Below are positions 17,097 to 25,756 of a stretch of DNA of 64,000 nucleotides, piece by piece (position 1 is the stretch's first letter; each line of letters starts with the position of its first letter). Position numbers and translations under genes: made by a program. The notes beneath the pieces were generated by a model. The model ran no database searches and was not told the origin of the DNA. It saw only the letters and a program-made list of their open reading frames with translations. The DNA comes from a phage, in the sequence record PX068456.1; one strand, given 5' to 3'.

Positions 17097-17521
17097 CGCA
17101 ACAAATCCAAGACAAATTTAATGAACTCTATCCAGCAAGCGAAAGCGGCACTCATAACGTGCGTAAATCGCTCTATAACGTCTTTAAAGCAGGATGGGAG
17201 GCTTGCCTTCAGGCTCAAGAAGAACCAGCGTCAGGGACGCGTAACGGCTTTTATATCCCGATTGTTGAAAGTGAGGAAGGATGGGGTAGCAAACATGATG
17301 GTTATATGGTAGGATTCACCATAGAAGATCTTGAAGAACGCCGTAAAGTCTTTGAGGCAGCTAATACAGAAAAGTATGGCTACTATTATGAACGACCTGT
17401 TCGTTACATTCCTGTTGTCCTTAGTCCTAAAGCTGTTGAAACAATGTCTGCAACAGAAAAAGAAAGGACTCGCCATTGTGTATGGTTTGATGATATTGAC
17501 GATTTTCGATTTGGAGAATAA
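17093..17521 (+). CDS. hypothetical protein (142 aa)
   Basis: ORF track; RBS AAGGGGCGAG. Confidence 0.5.
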   Translation: MTQQIQDKFNELYPASESGTHNVRKSLYNVFKAGWEACLQAQEEPASGTRNGFYIPIVESEEGWGSKHDGYMVGFTIEDLEERRKVFEAANTEKYGYYYERPVRYIPVVLSPKAVETMSATEKERTRHCVWFDDIDDFRFGE

Positions 17522-17524
17522 ATT

Positions 17525-17797
17525 ATGAAAAATAAACACCCTTACTATAAATTATTGCATGTACTGCGCCGATTGCGCAATAAACAGATTGAAGATTTCC
17601 GTCACTTCAAGCGTGATCGTGTGAATCGTCAATGGATGGATCATCGTTTCTTCTCTCTAACTGTACGTAAGTTCCGTGAAGAGATTAAGAAGACAGACCA
17701 GGTAATTGCAGGTGCTAAACGTGCAATCTCTATGTCAAAAATCACAGGTGTAAATCATATGTACGACTTCAAAACAGACTCTGTTGTACCTATGTAA
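17525..17797 (+). CDS. hypothetical basic protein (90 aa)
   Basis: ORF track; RBS GGAGAATAAATT. Confidence 0.5.
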   Translation: MKNKHPYYKLLHVLRRLRNKQIEDFRHFKRDRVNRQWMDHRFFSLTVRKFREEIKKTDQVIAGAKRAISMSKITGVNHMYDFKTDSVVPM

Positions 17798-17961
17798 AAG
17801 TATTTTGTAAAGTTTTGTGGAGAGTATTGACTTTTTCAGAAAAACATGCTACCCTAAACCTGAAAGGTGACGAGCGAAGCGAGTTAGTATTCTCTATAGA
17901 TATTGTTCCTGTCACTCATGGAGGGGCAGGAACAGAGTATATTACTGTATAGGAGAATACT

Positions 17962-18228
17962 ATGGATGTTACTACACTAAGGTTTATACTTCTCTTCTTA
18001 CTTATAGTTATAGGATTAATTGTTATACCCTATCTATATGTCTACATGTTATCTCGTAAGTATGGTTATGATCGTATACCATTTTACTATTTAATACCTG
18101 TCTTAATTATCTACCTATTTCTCTTTTGTAGATATTGCCCTGAATTAGTTCCTGAACACTGGAAGTTAGAACCTGTTGAAGTTTACCATTGCGAATGGAA
18201 GACAGAATACAGATCTAACAGTAATTAG
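17962..18228 (+). CDS. small membrane protein (88 aa)
   Basis: ORF track; two hydrophobic helices; RBS AGGAGAATACT. Confidence 0.5.
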   Translation: MDVTTLRFILLFLLIVIGLIVIPYLYVYMLSRKYGYDRIPFYYLIPVLIIYLFLFCRYCPELVPEHWKLEPVEVYHCEWKTEYRSNSN

Positions 18229-18288
18229 TTATTGACTCTATCTACTAAATAATCTAGACTCTATGTAAAATTTACTAAGGAGACTACT

Positions 18289-18453
18289 ATGCAAAACATT
18301 TCTATCACTAAAACAAAAAGATCTGTACCTAAACTTACTCACTCTACATATCCTGTTATCATCCGTAAAGGAAAAGAATGGATTAAAGATGATCATGGTG
18401 GTTATGTAGAAGTGTCAAAGCTGAAAGAAGCAGAAGTTAACTTTGTACGCTAA
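18289..18453 (+). CDS. hypothetical small protein (54 aa)
   Basis: hand-translated; AAGGAGACTACT RBS. Confidence 0.4.
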   Translation: MQNISITKTKRSVPKLTHSTYPVIIRKGKEWIKDDHGGYVEVSKLKEAEVNFVR

Positions 18454-18463
18454 GGAGTAGACT

Positions 18464-18745
18464 ATGACTGAAGAATTTAAGCAATGGTTTGATAAAAACT
18501 TTCTACCCCATCTGTGGCCTAATGAAGAAGAACGTCAAGAGATGATGATCTACACTTGGCTTGCCTGGCGGGATGGTATCCGTAGCAAAGAAGCCCAGGA
18601 AGAGGAACCTATTGCTTACATCTTTAAACATCCAGCAGGTAAGTTGTTTTGGGCTTTAACAGATGAAAGTAATAAAGATCACCACGATGTTATTCCTGTG
18701 TATACCAAGAGCAATGTAAAGGATCAATCAGATGACAAGGTATAG
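18464..18745 (+). CDS. hypothetical protein (93 aa)
   Basis: ORF track; RBS TAAGGAGTAGACT. Confidence 0.5.
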   Translation: MTEEFKQWFDKNFLPHLWPNEEERQEMMIYTWLAWRDGIRSKEAQEEEPIAYIFKHPAGKLFWALTDESNKDHHDVIPVYTKSNVKDQSDDKV

Positions 18746-19214
18746 CATATGGGGTAGAATGGGCGAAGACCATGATTACTATTGCTTGAAAAGTAATGTT
18801 GAACAGGCAGATGTTGATAAAATTATAAAGCACTACCTGAAAACATGGCGTGAAGTGGAGTTTAGAGAGTTCGCTATCCTCCATAGTCAAGAAGGAGAAA
18901 AGGAGATAGACATGAGTACACTAACTAAAGCAGTACAAACGCATAAGGAGTATGAGGAAGCAGTTAAAGATGAAGTAAACCCTACTTCACTGACCTTCGA
19001 AAACCTTACCCCTTTGTTTTGGTCATATGATGGTAATGAAATTTTTACACATGATACACCAGAGGCTGTTAAAAATTGGGAAGGCTGTTGTAATTCCTAT
19101 GAGGTGTTATATGTTGTAGAAGAAGATGATACGTACATTATGTTCCGCATAGATAACGGTTGTGGTGATCAGTGGGATATTGTTCTTTCTAAACATTTGC
19201 AATTGGGTGGTTAA
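18732..19214 (+). CDS. hypothetical protein (160 aa)
   Basis: ORF track. Confidence 0.45.
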   Translation: MTRYSIWGRMGEDHDYYCLKSNVEQADVDKIIKHYLKTWREVEFREFAILHSQEGEKEIDMSTLTKAVQTHKEYEEAVKDEVNPTSLTFENLTPLFWSYDGNEIFTHDTPEAVKNWEGCCNSYEVLYVVEEDDTYIMFRIDNGCGDQWDIVLSKHLQLGG

Positions 19215-19215
19215 A

Positions 19216-19578
19216 ATGCTAAAGTACCTGATGATCACTTGGTTATGTTTACTTTCATTTGCTGTGCATGCAACAGAAGGTTTTAAACTTGGTGCTGACG
19301 GTACTAAATTCTTTACATATTGGGGTGGGAAAGCCTTATACCAAGAAGAAAAGAATAGCATAGAATGTACGGTTAGTAAGAAGATTAAATCAGTAGATCA
19401 ATATGGGGATGCCTATACTGGTGTAGGTTTTAACTGTGGAAAAGATTTATTTCTATTTGTTAAGAAGTATTTAGATGTTAACCTTGTATTGCTTATTGTT
19501 GTAGATCCTGCTAAGTTTGAAGAGCGTAAAGCATATCGTGCAGATATGTTCCTAGAATATGATGATAAGGAGAAATAA
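19216..19578 (+). CDS. putative secreted protein with signal peptide (120 aa)
   Basis: ORF track frame; start at ATG 19216; MLKYLMITWLCLLSFAVHA leader. Confidence 0.45.
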   Translation: MLKYLMITWLCLLSFAVHATEGFKLGADGTKFFTYWGGKALYQEEKNSIECTVSKKIKSVDQYGDAYTGVGFNCGKDLFLFVKKYLDVNLVLLIVVDPAKFEERKAYRADMFLEYDDKEK

Positions 19579-19929
19579 ATGCTTGATGTAACTATTAATG
19601 GTGTTAAATATATTCCTTATGTAGAGAAAAGCAATCCTGATGCCCTGGATGTTATGTTTGAGGATTCAGATCTTGGTACTGTCACTGTACGGGAATATTT
19701 CCGACAACTACTCTCTACGTTATGGAGAGAAGAAGAGTGTTTTAATGGTAAACGTCCATTTGGTAACTCATGCTGGCAATTTGATATGATCCGTGCCTTA
19801 ATTGAGGCAGGGTATATTGAAGGTACAGTTGTGTACGATGAAGATGGATATCCAGAAGAAACTGATTACGACAGTAAAGAAGCTAATAAATTTATACAGG
19901 GCTTGATTGCACAGATGTGTTTGGGTTAA
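19579..19929 (+). CDS. hypothetical protein (116 aa)
   Basis: ORF track. Confidence 0.5.
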   Translation: MLDVTINGVKYIPYVEKSNPDALDVMFEDSDLGTVTVREYFRQLLSTLWREEECFNGKRPFGNSCWQFDMIRALIEAGYIEGTVVYDEDGYPEETDYDSKEANKFIQGLIAQMCLG

Positions 19930-19930
19930 T

Positions 19931-20317
19931 ATGAAAGTATTAAATTTCTACCATTTAGGTAAAGTAATACCTGAAGGTGCAGTGTACATTGGCAGAGCTA
20001 TGCCTCATATGGGGCTAAAAGCCTCAAAGTTTGCAAATCCTTTTAAGCTAAAGGATGATGAACCACGAGGATCAACTATACAAAGATATAAAGAGTGGTT
20101 GTGGGAACAAATTCGTTGTGGTAAAATCACTCTTGAGGATTTGTTAGAATTAGAAGGGAAAGACTTAGTTTGCTTCTGCTCACCTCAACCTTGTCATGGT
20201 GATGTGTTGGTAGCAGCGGTTGCTTGGGCTAGAACAGAGTGGGATAAAAGGCATCCTACTTACACAGATGATTATTGGATTTGGGAGGATATTTATGAAG
20301 ACTACACAAGAAATTAA
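19931..20317 (+). CDS. DUF4326-like protein (128 aa)
   Basis: motifs YIGR...ANPF and CFCSP.PCHGDVL recalled as DUF4326 signature; not verified. Confidence 0.4.
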   Translation: MKVLNFYHLGKVIPEGAVYIGRAMPHMGLKASKFANPFKLKDDEPRGSTIQRYKEWLWEQIRCGKITLEDLLELEGKDLVCFCSPQPCHGDVLVAAVAWARTEWDKRHPTYTDDYWIWEDIYEDYTRN

Positions 20318-20660
20318 CGTATTTGATCTGTCAGGTTTAGATATGGAAAAAGCAACCCTGTATCATCACGATAAAGATAACATTACGTACATCTACATCG
20401 GAGCAGACAAATATAACATTCCTGAAAACTCCCTGGCAGTAATGAAGGAAGGGGATATGCCTTTGCAAGAGAAGATGATTGGTTTTTCCTTTCGTCAAGA
20501 TGTTAAGATGGACGGTGTTATTGCTGTCTTCCAGGTGGACGAGTTTTATATGGTTACTTTTGTCACACCAAATTTCACCAATATCAATGGGGAAGAGGCA
20601 GCAAACGATGTTATTGTTCTAACGTTGGGTAATGCCTTAAAAGATTTAGAAAACGTTTAA
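20295..20660 (+). CDS. hypothetical protein (121 aa)
   Basis: ORF track frame; start at ATG 20295 with GGGAGGA RBS. Confidence 0.45.
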   Translation: MKTTQEINVFDLSGLDMEKATLYHHDKDNITYIYIGADKYNIPENSLAVMKEGDMPLQEKMIGFSFRQDVKMDGVIAVFQVDEFYMVTFVTPNFTNINGEEAANDVIVLTLGNALKDLENV

Positions 20661-20681
20661 CAAACCAATAAGGAAAATATA

Positions 20682-21197
20682 ATGTTTTTTGATGCTCAAT
20701 CTCCACTTGTTGACTCTGTAAGCAGGGCGGTAATATATCCAGACTTTGATGAAAGAGAAATATGGCTTAAGGAACACCACTATGATCCAGAAAATGTCAA
20801 CTGGTGCAATCTGGATGTTGGTAAGTATCCGCGAGATAAGGGCATCTTGAAATATTATGCTTGCTATACGGTGGATAACATCTATGAATATTATGTGTTT
20901 CGTAGTTTGATTATCCATCTAAATAAATTGGGTGCTCTAACAGGGGATTGTCAATTCACTCTAGGCCACTATAAACCATTTAAGAAAGGTGGAGAGCACT
21001 TTCCAAGTAATTGGATTATACAAACATTAAAAGATAATTCTCGTGCTAGTGATGTTATCCCGGACAAAAAAGAAAAGTGGACATGGCATGAGCAAATGGA
21101 GTATATTATACAACATATGCCACAACGTGTATTGTACGATGAAAAGTTGGTCAACCGTTGTGCCGAGTTAATACAAATTGTTAAGGGGTTTTACTAG
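20682..21197 (+). CDS. hypothetical protein (171 aa)
   Basis: ORF track; RBS AAGGAAAATAT. Confidence 0.5.
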   Translation: MFFDAQSPLVDSVSRAVIYPDFDEREIWLKEHHYDPENVNWCNLDVGKYPRDKGILKYYACYTVDNIYEYYVFRSLIIHLNKLGALTGDCQFTLGHYKPFKKGGEHFPSNWIIQTLKDNSRASDVIPDKKEKWTWHEQMEYIIQHMPQRVLYDEKLVNRCAELIQIVKGFY

Positions 21198-21205
21198 GGG
21201 GAAAT

Positions 21206-21682
21206 ATGTCTAAACGTTTTGGTCGTAATCAAAAAAGAAAGTTAAGTGCTCAACTAGCAGCTTTGCAAAAAGAGGTTAACACTTTACAAAAAAGTGTTTG
21301 TGAACTCAAGGAACAAAACCAGCTTGAAAAAGAATGTATTCAGCTTACACAGGAAGTTATTGGGGAGTATTTCCCTTCATTAGTGCCTAAGAAGGTGGCT
21401 CTTAGGGAAAATCTACCTTTTGCCTTATCCTTGATGCAAACAAGGGATAGATTCCAAACTGAAACTGAGGATTTGATGTTTGCAATGCATCAATTACGTG
21501 GTTTAGAATATACAGCACAAGTGGATAAACTTCGTAACATGCTATATGTGCGGGTAGAAACACCTAAAGGTGAGACAGTAGCGTTTAATTATAATTTCCA
21601 ACAACTACCTGATCATATTATTGAACAAATTTTAAAACGAGATTTTGTTCCTATGCTTGTTAAACAAATTAAGAGAGGTTGA
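21206..21682 (+). CDS. hypothetical coiled-coil protein (158 aa)
   Basis: ORF track. Confidence 0.5.
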   Translation: MSKRFGRNQKRKLSAQLAALQKEVNTLQKSVCELKEQNQLEKECIQLTQEVIGEYFPSLVPKKVALRENLPFALSLMQTRDRFQTETEDLMFAMHQLRGLEYTAQVDKLRNMLYVRVETPKGETVAFNYNFQQLPDHIIEQILKRDFVPMLVKQIKRG

Positions 21683-21683
21683 A

Positions 21684-23420
21684 ATGGCTAAGAAAGAGTT
21701 GAGTTTTACTCCAACAGAAGAGCAAACAGCTATTAAGGAGGCTTTTCCAGATCATCGGTTTTTAACTATCCAAGCTAAATCTGGATCAGGAAAAACGTCA
21801 ACACTTTATTTGCTGGCTAACAGTACAGAAGATCGCATTCTTTACTTAGCTTTCAATAAAAGCATGGCAGAAGAAGCACGGCGTAAGATGCCACCAAATG
21901 TAGAATGCCGTACATTGCATTCCATTTGCTATCAATTCCTGGATCATCGTTTACGTGCAAAACTGTCACGACCAGAAGGGCAGTATGTTAACGTTGCAGG
22001 TACAGGTAGTGAGATAGCAAAGAAATTTAAGATTAATAATCTTATTGATAAACGAGGGAAAACACTTTTAACTCGTGCTATGATTGGTTTAATGATCAAG
22101 CAAACCGTAGGTAAGTTTGAATTTTCGGATGATCCTTTTATCAGCCGTAAACATTTTCCTGGTGTACATCTTGCAGATATTAAAAGAAAAGGTATTAACG
22201 AACACAAACTAATTACAGAAGTAGTTAAGTATGCAAAACAATTGTGGCGAGAGCGCATTGATCCTAACACAGATACTTTGATGACGCATGACACCTATGT
22301 AAAATTGTTTGAATTGTCTGGTGCTGATCTTGGTTATGACATTATTTTTGGGGATGAATTCCAGGATGTTAACCCTGCATTCTTGTCTATTCTGCGGAAT
22401 GCTAAATCTGCAAAACAAGTAGTGGTGGTGGGAGATGAATATCAGAGCATCTACCAGTTCCGTGGAAGCCAAAATATGATGAAGGAAACCTCTACATATG
22501 GGGCAGAGCTTCCATTAACTGCTTGCTTCCGTTTTGGCCCCAAAGTGGCAAACATTGCGAATATGATTTTAAGTGATAAAGAACCTTTGCGTCATCCTTT
22601 GGTTGGTAAAGGCTTTGATACTGTAGTAGGTAGCTACAAATCAGATGTTGTAGACTATACAAAACCTTACACTATCATCTTTCGCAAGAATTTAACCTTG
22701 CTTATGGAGGCAATGGATCGTATTGCAGATGGGGAAGAAATTATTATTAACGTAGATACCAGGGATTTTATCTCTATGGTAGATAGTGTTAATGCTCTTC
22801 GGAGAGGAGATATTGAGAAAGTAAAACATGAAACTGTATTACCTTACGCAGACTGGAATGAATTTGTTGAGTGTGCAGAGGCTGATCCAGATGCTAAACG
22901 CTTGTTAAACATCGTAGTTTCTGGCAAGGCAAACACTATAGCACATACACTTAGAACGCATAGAAACTCTCCTACAGCAAAAGTCACACTGACTACAGCA
23001 CATAAGTCTAAAGGTTTGGAGTGGGATCAGGTTATTGTTGCTAATGATTTTCCTTCCAACTATGATAAAAAGACTGGTGAGTGGGTAGGACTAGAAGAGG
23101 CAGAGCGAAACCTATTGTATGTAGCGCATACCCGTTGTGTTAAATGCTTACAATGGAACACAACCGTACAGGAGATTATAGATATCAACCGTGTTGCAAC
23201 AGAGAAAGTACCCACAAGCACTACTTTACCGATCAATGGTATTAAACTTGGTGTATTTGGTGCTGGCACATCTCGAAAAACTGTAGAAAAATTTGTTGCA
23301 GATTCTTTTGATGGTAACTATAATCATGCACAAGCATATGAGAGTTGGCTAGAGGAAGGTGAAGGTGATTTCTTAGGTGAAATAAATCTTTTACCAGACA
23401 TAAATAAACTGGTAAACTAA
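21684..23420 (+). CDS. UvrD/Rep-like superfamily 1 DNA helicase
   Basis: Walker A AKSGSGKTST, motif II IFGDEFQD, motif III VVVGDEYQSIYQFRG, motif VI TAHKSKGLEWDQV. Confidence 0.7.
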   Translation: MAKKELSFTPTEEQTAIKEAFPDHRFLTIQAKSGSGKTSTLYLLANSTEDRILYLAFNKSMAEEARRKMPPNVECRTLHSICYQFLDHRLRAKLSRPEGQYVNVAGTGSEIAKKFKINNLIDKRGKTLLTRAMIGLMIKQTVGKFEFSDDPFISRKHFPGVHLADIKRKGINEHKLITEVVKYAKQLWRERIDPNTDTLMTHDTYVKLFELSGADLGYDIIFGDEFQDVNPAFLSILRNAKSAKQVVVVGDEYQSIYQFRGSQNMMKETSTYGAELPLTACFRFGPKVANIANMILSDKEPLRHPLVGKGFDTVVGSYKSDVVDYTKPYTIIFRKNLTLLMEAMDRIADGEEIIINVDTRDFISMVDSVNALRRGDIEKVKHETVLPYADWNEFVECAEADPDAKRLLNIVVSGKANTIAHTLRTHRNSPTAKVTLTTAHKSKGLEWDQVIVANDFPSNYDKKTGEWVGLEEAERNLLYVAHTRCVKCLQWNTTVQEIIDINRVATEKVPTSTTLPINGIKLGVFGAGTSRKTVEKFVADSFDGNYNHAQAYESWLEEGEGDFLGEINLLPDINKLVN

Positions 23421-23431
23421 GGGGGGTTAAA

Positions 23432-23683
23432 GTGGCAGGGTATCATTTGAAGGAGATTAGCAAAGAGGAATATGGTTCTGTTGCTAAGATTCAAGAAGAG
23501 CTTTATGAACTTCAGGATGCTATTGCTCAAGATTGCAAGCTGATGCAACTTATTGAGTTATCAGATATTGTAGGCGCTGTTGAAGGTGTTCTTGAACAGC
23601 ATTTTCCTGATATGACGCTTCAAGATTTGATCACTATGTCAAACATTACTAAACGTGCATTCCGCAGCGGAGGTCGATCATGA
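23432..23683 (+). CDS. putative MazG/HisE-like all-alpha NTP pyrophosphohydrolase (83 aa), GTG start
   Basis: EE..EL...A.....L.ELSD pattern resembles MazG-type NTP-PPase. Confidence 0.35.
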   Translation: MAGYHLKEISKEEYGSVAKIQEELYELQDAIAQDCKLMQLIELSDIVGAVEGVLEQHFPDMTLQDLITMSNITKRAFRSGGRS

Positions 23684-24252
23684 ATGTTGCAGTAATAGCT
23701 CAAGCTATTGATTACTATGGTCGGTTTGCACAAATGTTGGAAGTTCCCTATCTCGTGGATGCTGATATACTGGCGTACACACTACCAGAAAATAAAGAGG
23801 ATCGCCCATTAGGGCATCCTAACGGTAAATACTATGTAGCTAGTGCAGAACAATCTTTCCTGCAAATGGAGAAGGATGGTTTTGAATTTGCAGCAGGTAA
23901 TCCGTATATGGCACTAACACCATGTTACCGTACAGAAGAAAATTTAGATGATACCCATTTTAATATTTTCTTGAAATTGGAGTTGATTGAGTTCTACCCT
24001 GATGCTACAATTGAAGAGTATGCTAACGCTATGCGCTGTTTCTTCTCTACTTATTATGGAGTTAAAACATATTTAGTACCCACTAATATTGGGGTTGACG
24101 TAGAGGATGAATATGGTTTAGAATTAGGTTCATTCGGTATGAGGGAGTCTCCAAAAGGTCATCCTTATATCTATGCAACAGGTATTGCAGAGCCTAGGGC
24201 TTCACTGGCAATAAACCGTGTTGTAAATAACATTCAAAGCATTAGCAAATAA
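23680..24252 (+). CDS. class-II aminoacyl-tRNA-synthetase-like catalytic core fragment (190 aa)
   Basis: motif-2-like TPCYRTEE....HF..LELIEF and motif-3-like GIAEPRASLAI; pattern recognition only. Confidence 0.35.
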   Translation: MNVAVIAQAIDYYGRFAQMLEVPYLVDADILAYTLPENKEDRPLGHPNGKYYVASAEQSFLQMEKDGFEFAAGNPYMALTPCYRTEENLDDTHFNIFLKLELIEFYPDATIEEYANAMRCFFSTYYGVKTYLVPTNIGVDVEDEYGLELGSFGMRESPKGHPYIYATGIAEPRASLAINRVVNNIQSISK

Positions 24253-24264
24253 GAGGAGAATAGA

Positions 24265-24699
24265 ATGTCTATTGTGACACAAATGAAAGCAGATCGTATC
24301 TTAGCACGTACAACCGATAAGGGTGCTTTTGCTTTGTTAACTAATATTATTGGTGAGTTTGACCTTGCTCGTACTCAAAAGGCAAATCTAAACAAATCAG
24401 AAGACGATATTATGATTAACATTGTTAAGATTGGTATTGCACACGCTAAAGAGGAACTAGACTCGCTTAAGAAAGTTAATGCTTCCATTAGTAAGTGTGA
24501 GCGAGCTATGCGTGATATCACCACTCTGGAAAAATATTTACCAGAAATGCTATCTGAAGATGATCTTCGCGCTATTGCTGAAGAATTTGCCTTGACAGGC
24601 AAGAAAATGCCAGATATGATGAAACACCTTAAAGCAGAGTATCCGAATCAATATGATGGAAAACTTGCTTCTACCATTGCAAAAGAAATTTTAAACTAA
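24265..24699 (+). CDS. GatB/YqeY-domain protein (144 aa)
   Basis: C-terminal YLPEMLSEDDLRAIAEEF...DGKLASTIAKEIL matches YqeY-domain pattern. Confidence 0.45.
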   Translation: MSIVTQMKADRILARTTDKGAFALLTNIIGEFDLARTQKANLNKSEDDIMINIVKIGIAHAKEELDSLKKVNASISKCERAMRDITTLEKYLPEMLSEDDLRAIAEEFALTGKKMPDMMKHLKAEYPNQYDGKLASTIAKEILN

Positions 24700-24716
24700 T
24701 TTAGAAGGAGAACATA

Positions 24717-25667
24717 ATGATTGCATTTTACGCTAATAAACTGGAAGTTAAAAAAGCAGCAGAAGAGATGGGTATCCTGCATATTCTTAACGAAGCAATT
24801 CACAAGAGTTTTGGTTACACAACTGAAGCAGAAATCAATGATCTGATTCACAGTGTTAATGATTTGTTCTTCTACCCTAACTTTCTACAGCAGTTAGATG
24901 GTTGTGGATTTGAATATATGGAACTTCATCCTGAATATACATTTATGGAAGTAACACCTGAAGGTTTTCTGGAAATTATTCGTACTGAATATCTTGCTAA
25001 TGAGGATAAAGAAAAAGATATGGCTGAAAAAGTACAACTGACTGTGCATAATACGTGTTTCCTGGATACTGATGCCACGGAAGAAGATATTAGTTATCTG
25101 CTTTCAGTTTGTAATCCTCGTTGTCCACAACCACATTGGAAAAATGCAGATCATTATCTAATGTATTCAACTGAAGAAAACATTACTTTCTTCGATGAAA
25201 ACAGTGGTATTAATGGTGCACATAAGAATTCTCCATATCGGAAAGATCGGTTTGTAGTTGATGTAAAAACATTTACTAAACTGTTTGAGGAGTATTATTC
25301 AAAAGATGAAAGTAAAACTGAATCTTCACCAAAACCACGTTTTCGCCGACCGCGTAAACCTGTGCCTACTCGTTCTGTAAGTTATGTTCGTATCATTTAC
25401 ACTACACAGCAGGTATATACTCTTAAGAACGTAAGTGTTCTTACTGTACAAGAAGATGCAATTAATATTGTGCGCAATAATGTTATTACAGAGGGTATTG
25501 AGGAAAAGATTATGTCTGTTATCGATCCTAAACTTGTTATGGCAATCATTATTAATGAACCAAAAGGTGTAACAACATTGTTCCGAAATATTCATGGTAC
25601 TTGGGAAACTCAAGTTGACGGTTTGACTTCTGACGGTTGTACACGTATTACCAAAAACCTTGACTAA
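24717..25667 (+). CDS. hypothetical protein (316 aa)
   Basis: ORF track; RBS GAAGGAG. Confidence 0.5.
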   Translation: MIAFYANKLEVKKAAEEMGILHILNEAIHKSFGYTTEAEINDLIHSVNDLFFYPNFLQQLDGCGFEYMELHPEYTFMEVTPEGFLEIIRTEYLANEDKEKDMAEKVQLTVHNTCFLDTDATEEDISYLLSVCNPRCPQPHWKNADHYLMYSTEENITFFDENSGINGAHKNSPYRKDRFVVDVKTFTKLFEEYYSKDESKTESSPKPRFRRPRKPVPTRSVSYVRIIYTTQQVYTLKNVSVLTVQEDAINIVRNNVITEGIEEKIMSVIDPKLVMAIIINEPKGVTTLFRNIHGTWETQVDGLTSDGCTRITKNLD

Positions 25668-25714
25668 GATCAAGGACAATCTTACGAAAAAGATTTAAAA
25701 TAAAGATCCACCCT

Positions 25715-25740
25715 AAAGCCAGCTTAATGCTGGCTTTTAT
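25715..25740 (+). terminator. intrinsic terminator AAAGCCAGCttaatGCTGGCTTTTAT
   Basis: GC stem plus T-run. Confidence 0.5.
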
Positions 25741-25756
25741 TTTCCACGGAGGATTA

